64,000 bases of DNA from Lama guanicoe (taxonomy: Eukaryota). The stretch's first letter is position 1. Every line of letters begins with the position of its first letter. This document shows positions 62,279-64,000 of this stretch, piece after piece. Below the pieces are notes generated by a model. That model was not told where the DNA came from. It saw only the letters and a program-made list of their open reading frames with translations, and ran no database searches. The stretch lies in assembly GCA_013239625.1 (NCBI GenBank), contig MU054212.1, positions 6,112,270-6,176,269 of the forward strand. Reading direction: 5' to 3'. The position numbers and the translations under genes were made by a program.

Positions 62279-64000
62279 GTAAGTATATTTTCTTACTTTT
62301 ACATTATATTTTTATGCTGTGTTAAGCTTACCTTTCTTAATCCACGCAAATAAGATTATAGAGGAAATATATATGTATAGCTGAAATGTTAAGTATTAGC
62401 ATTAAGTAGGAAACTGTAAAAACATGGTGTTTTATAAATTGACTATTAATGGTAATCTGCCTTAGATAAAATTATTTTCTTTGTAATGTAATTAGCCATT
62501 TGTATAAAGACCCAGCTTTTACTTTCAAATTATTTTACTTTCTACTCTAGTGCCTCCCTATATATAGTTATATTTTTATGAGGTTAAAATCTTATATAGC
62601 TGAGAAGAAATCATACCAGTAATGAAATGGCTCAGAGAATTTGCGTTCCATTTATAGTACGTTGGATGACTAGTAACAGGTATCACATCATCAGTGTAGT
62701 GAGGCACATGGGCTCCATTTTTCATTTAAATTCTGTAAAACTCATGTTTATTGGACTTTTTAAAACTTAAAAAAATTTTAAACAGATATAAAAGTAGACA
62801 GAATAATATGATGAACCCCTGTATACCCATCAGGGGGTACCCATCAATAACTTCCAATTCATGGCCAATCTCATTATGTTAAGAATGTTTTTAAGATGAA
62901 AGAAAAGTCTGATATGGTATGAGTCGTTCTAATACTTATGACTGTGTTTCCCATTATCAGAAACGATAGTAACAAGCAAAAGATTAGCACAGCCTGTTCT
63001 ACTTTGGTCCCTGCATTGCCATTGCCGCGTGAGGGGAATATGTTGTCCCCTGAGTCCCTCTCAGCGGAGGGGTATTGCCTGTTATGGAGGGAAAATCACT
63101 CATATCCGTGTTCTGAAATAGTACATTCAGTTGTTACTTTTATCTCAGTGTGTGAAATGTTAAGGGTTAAATTTGAATTTGCATATCATTTTGACTGTTT
63201 TCTTCTTATGCAATTTCAAAATGGAATTTAATAACTATTGAGGATTGTCATTTGACAGTTTTCCGCATGCATTCTGATCTGCCCACCCAGATTACCCAGA
63301 TTCAACACAAGGAACTTGGGTTCTGACCTGGGTTTCAGTAGGAGCTCTGTGACCTTGGGCACGGTGTTTAACTTTGGAGCTTCTGTTTGATCATTTGTTA
63401 AGTGACGAGAGCACGAACAGCTTCCAAAAGCTTGCACGAGGAATAAATGAGATAACCCACGTAGAGAGTTGTGCATCAGGAGGTGGGGAGAGAGTAAATG
63501 GGAGTATCAGGACCACAGGAAGAATTGAACAGATGGCACTACAGAGGCTTCATATGCTTTAGTCTGTTTCTCAGATAATCTCTTTTCTGGCCACTGAAGC
63601 CCACAAGCCCCCAACAGAGCCTCATTCTGGTCTGGTCTATGTGTTCTCATTTCTTGTAACGCCTAGAGGTTCCTCTCTAGACTGCCTCCATAAGGTGTTC
63701 TAAAAGCCAGGTTGATTCCATATCTGTTCTGGCTGTTCATCTCCAGTTCATTCTTCTCAAGATCTTTCAGAATATGATCCAGGACTGGTCAGGAAGAAGC
63801 CACTTGGATGGGAATACTTTCCACCCACTCAAAACCATATTATCGGATGTGGAAGGGAGGTTGAAATAGTATTGTTTTGATTTTTTTGTTTCCTAAACTA
63901 CCAAGTACCATGCTAGGCACGTTACGCAAATTATCTCATTTTATTCCTTGCAGCAGCTTCTGTGAAGTGAGCACTATATCATTATCCTTACTTAGCTATG

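Noticed and set aside
62279..64000. RNF125 terminal exon (UIM, remembered as DFNIIEEALIRRVL…) or a truncated gene
   Set aside because: No matching sequence found, and exon 5 has a perfect donor. The exon most likely lies past the window end, so this is not evidence of pseudogenisation.
1..64000. Prokaryotic or viral systems (operons, CRISPR, intact transposase/RT, endogenous viral ORFs)
   Set aside because: No long ORFs, repeat-spacer arrays or intact gag/pol/env/ORF2. All TE copies are fragments.

Overview
Mammalian genomic DNA, most likely a camelid (Camelus/Vicugna/Lama). The young SINEs are tRNA(Ala,AGC)-derived Vic-1-like elements, and I saw no Bov-A/Bov-tA, PRE-1, Alu or B1 elements. 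The right half contains RNF125 (TRAC-1, a C3HC4 RING E3 ligase) on the + strand: a CpG-island promoter at ~34.7-36.1 kb and coding exons 1-5 (35179-35342, 50282-50435, 53907-54001, 56574-56664, 62171-62278). All splice sites are GT-AG and phase-compatible, giving 204 uninterrupted codons: [204 protein letters not shown]. The last (UIM) exon was not found and presumably lies beyond the window end. The left ~34 kb has no gene I recognise and is rich in L1, L2, MIR, CR1, MaLR/ERV LTR and hAT relics. Best leads, all unproven: (1) exon-like, splice-site-bounded segments in unique DNA on the - strand upstream of RNF125, a possible unannotated or decayed divergent gene; (2) lineage-specific inverted SINEs flanking the phase-symmetric exon 2-3 block, predicting a 249-nt circRNA with a stop-free endless ORF and an in-frame skipping isoform with a broken RING; (3) a ~140-bp L1-derived fold-back palindrome. 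Repeat family names were assigned by eye from remembered consensus sequences, and boundaries are approximate unless a TSD is quoted. I cannot claim a demonstrated new biological system from sequence alone.
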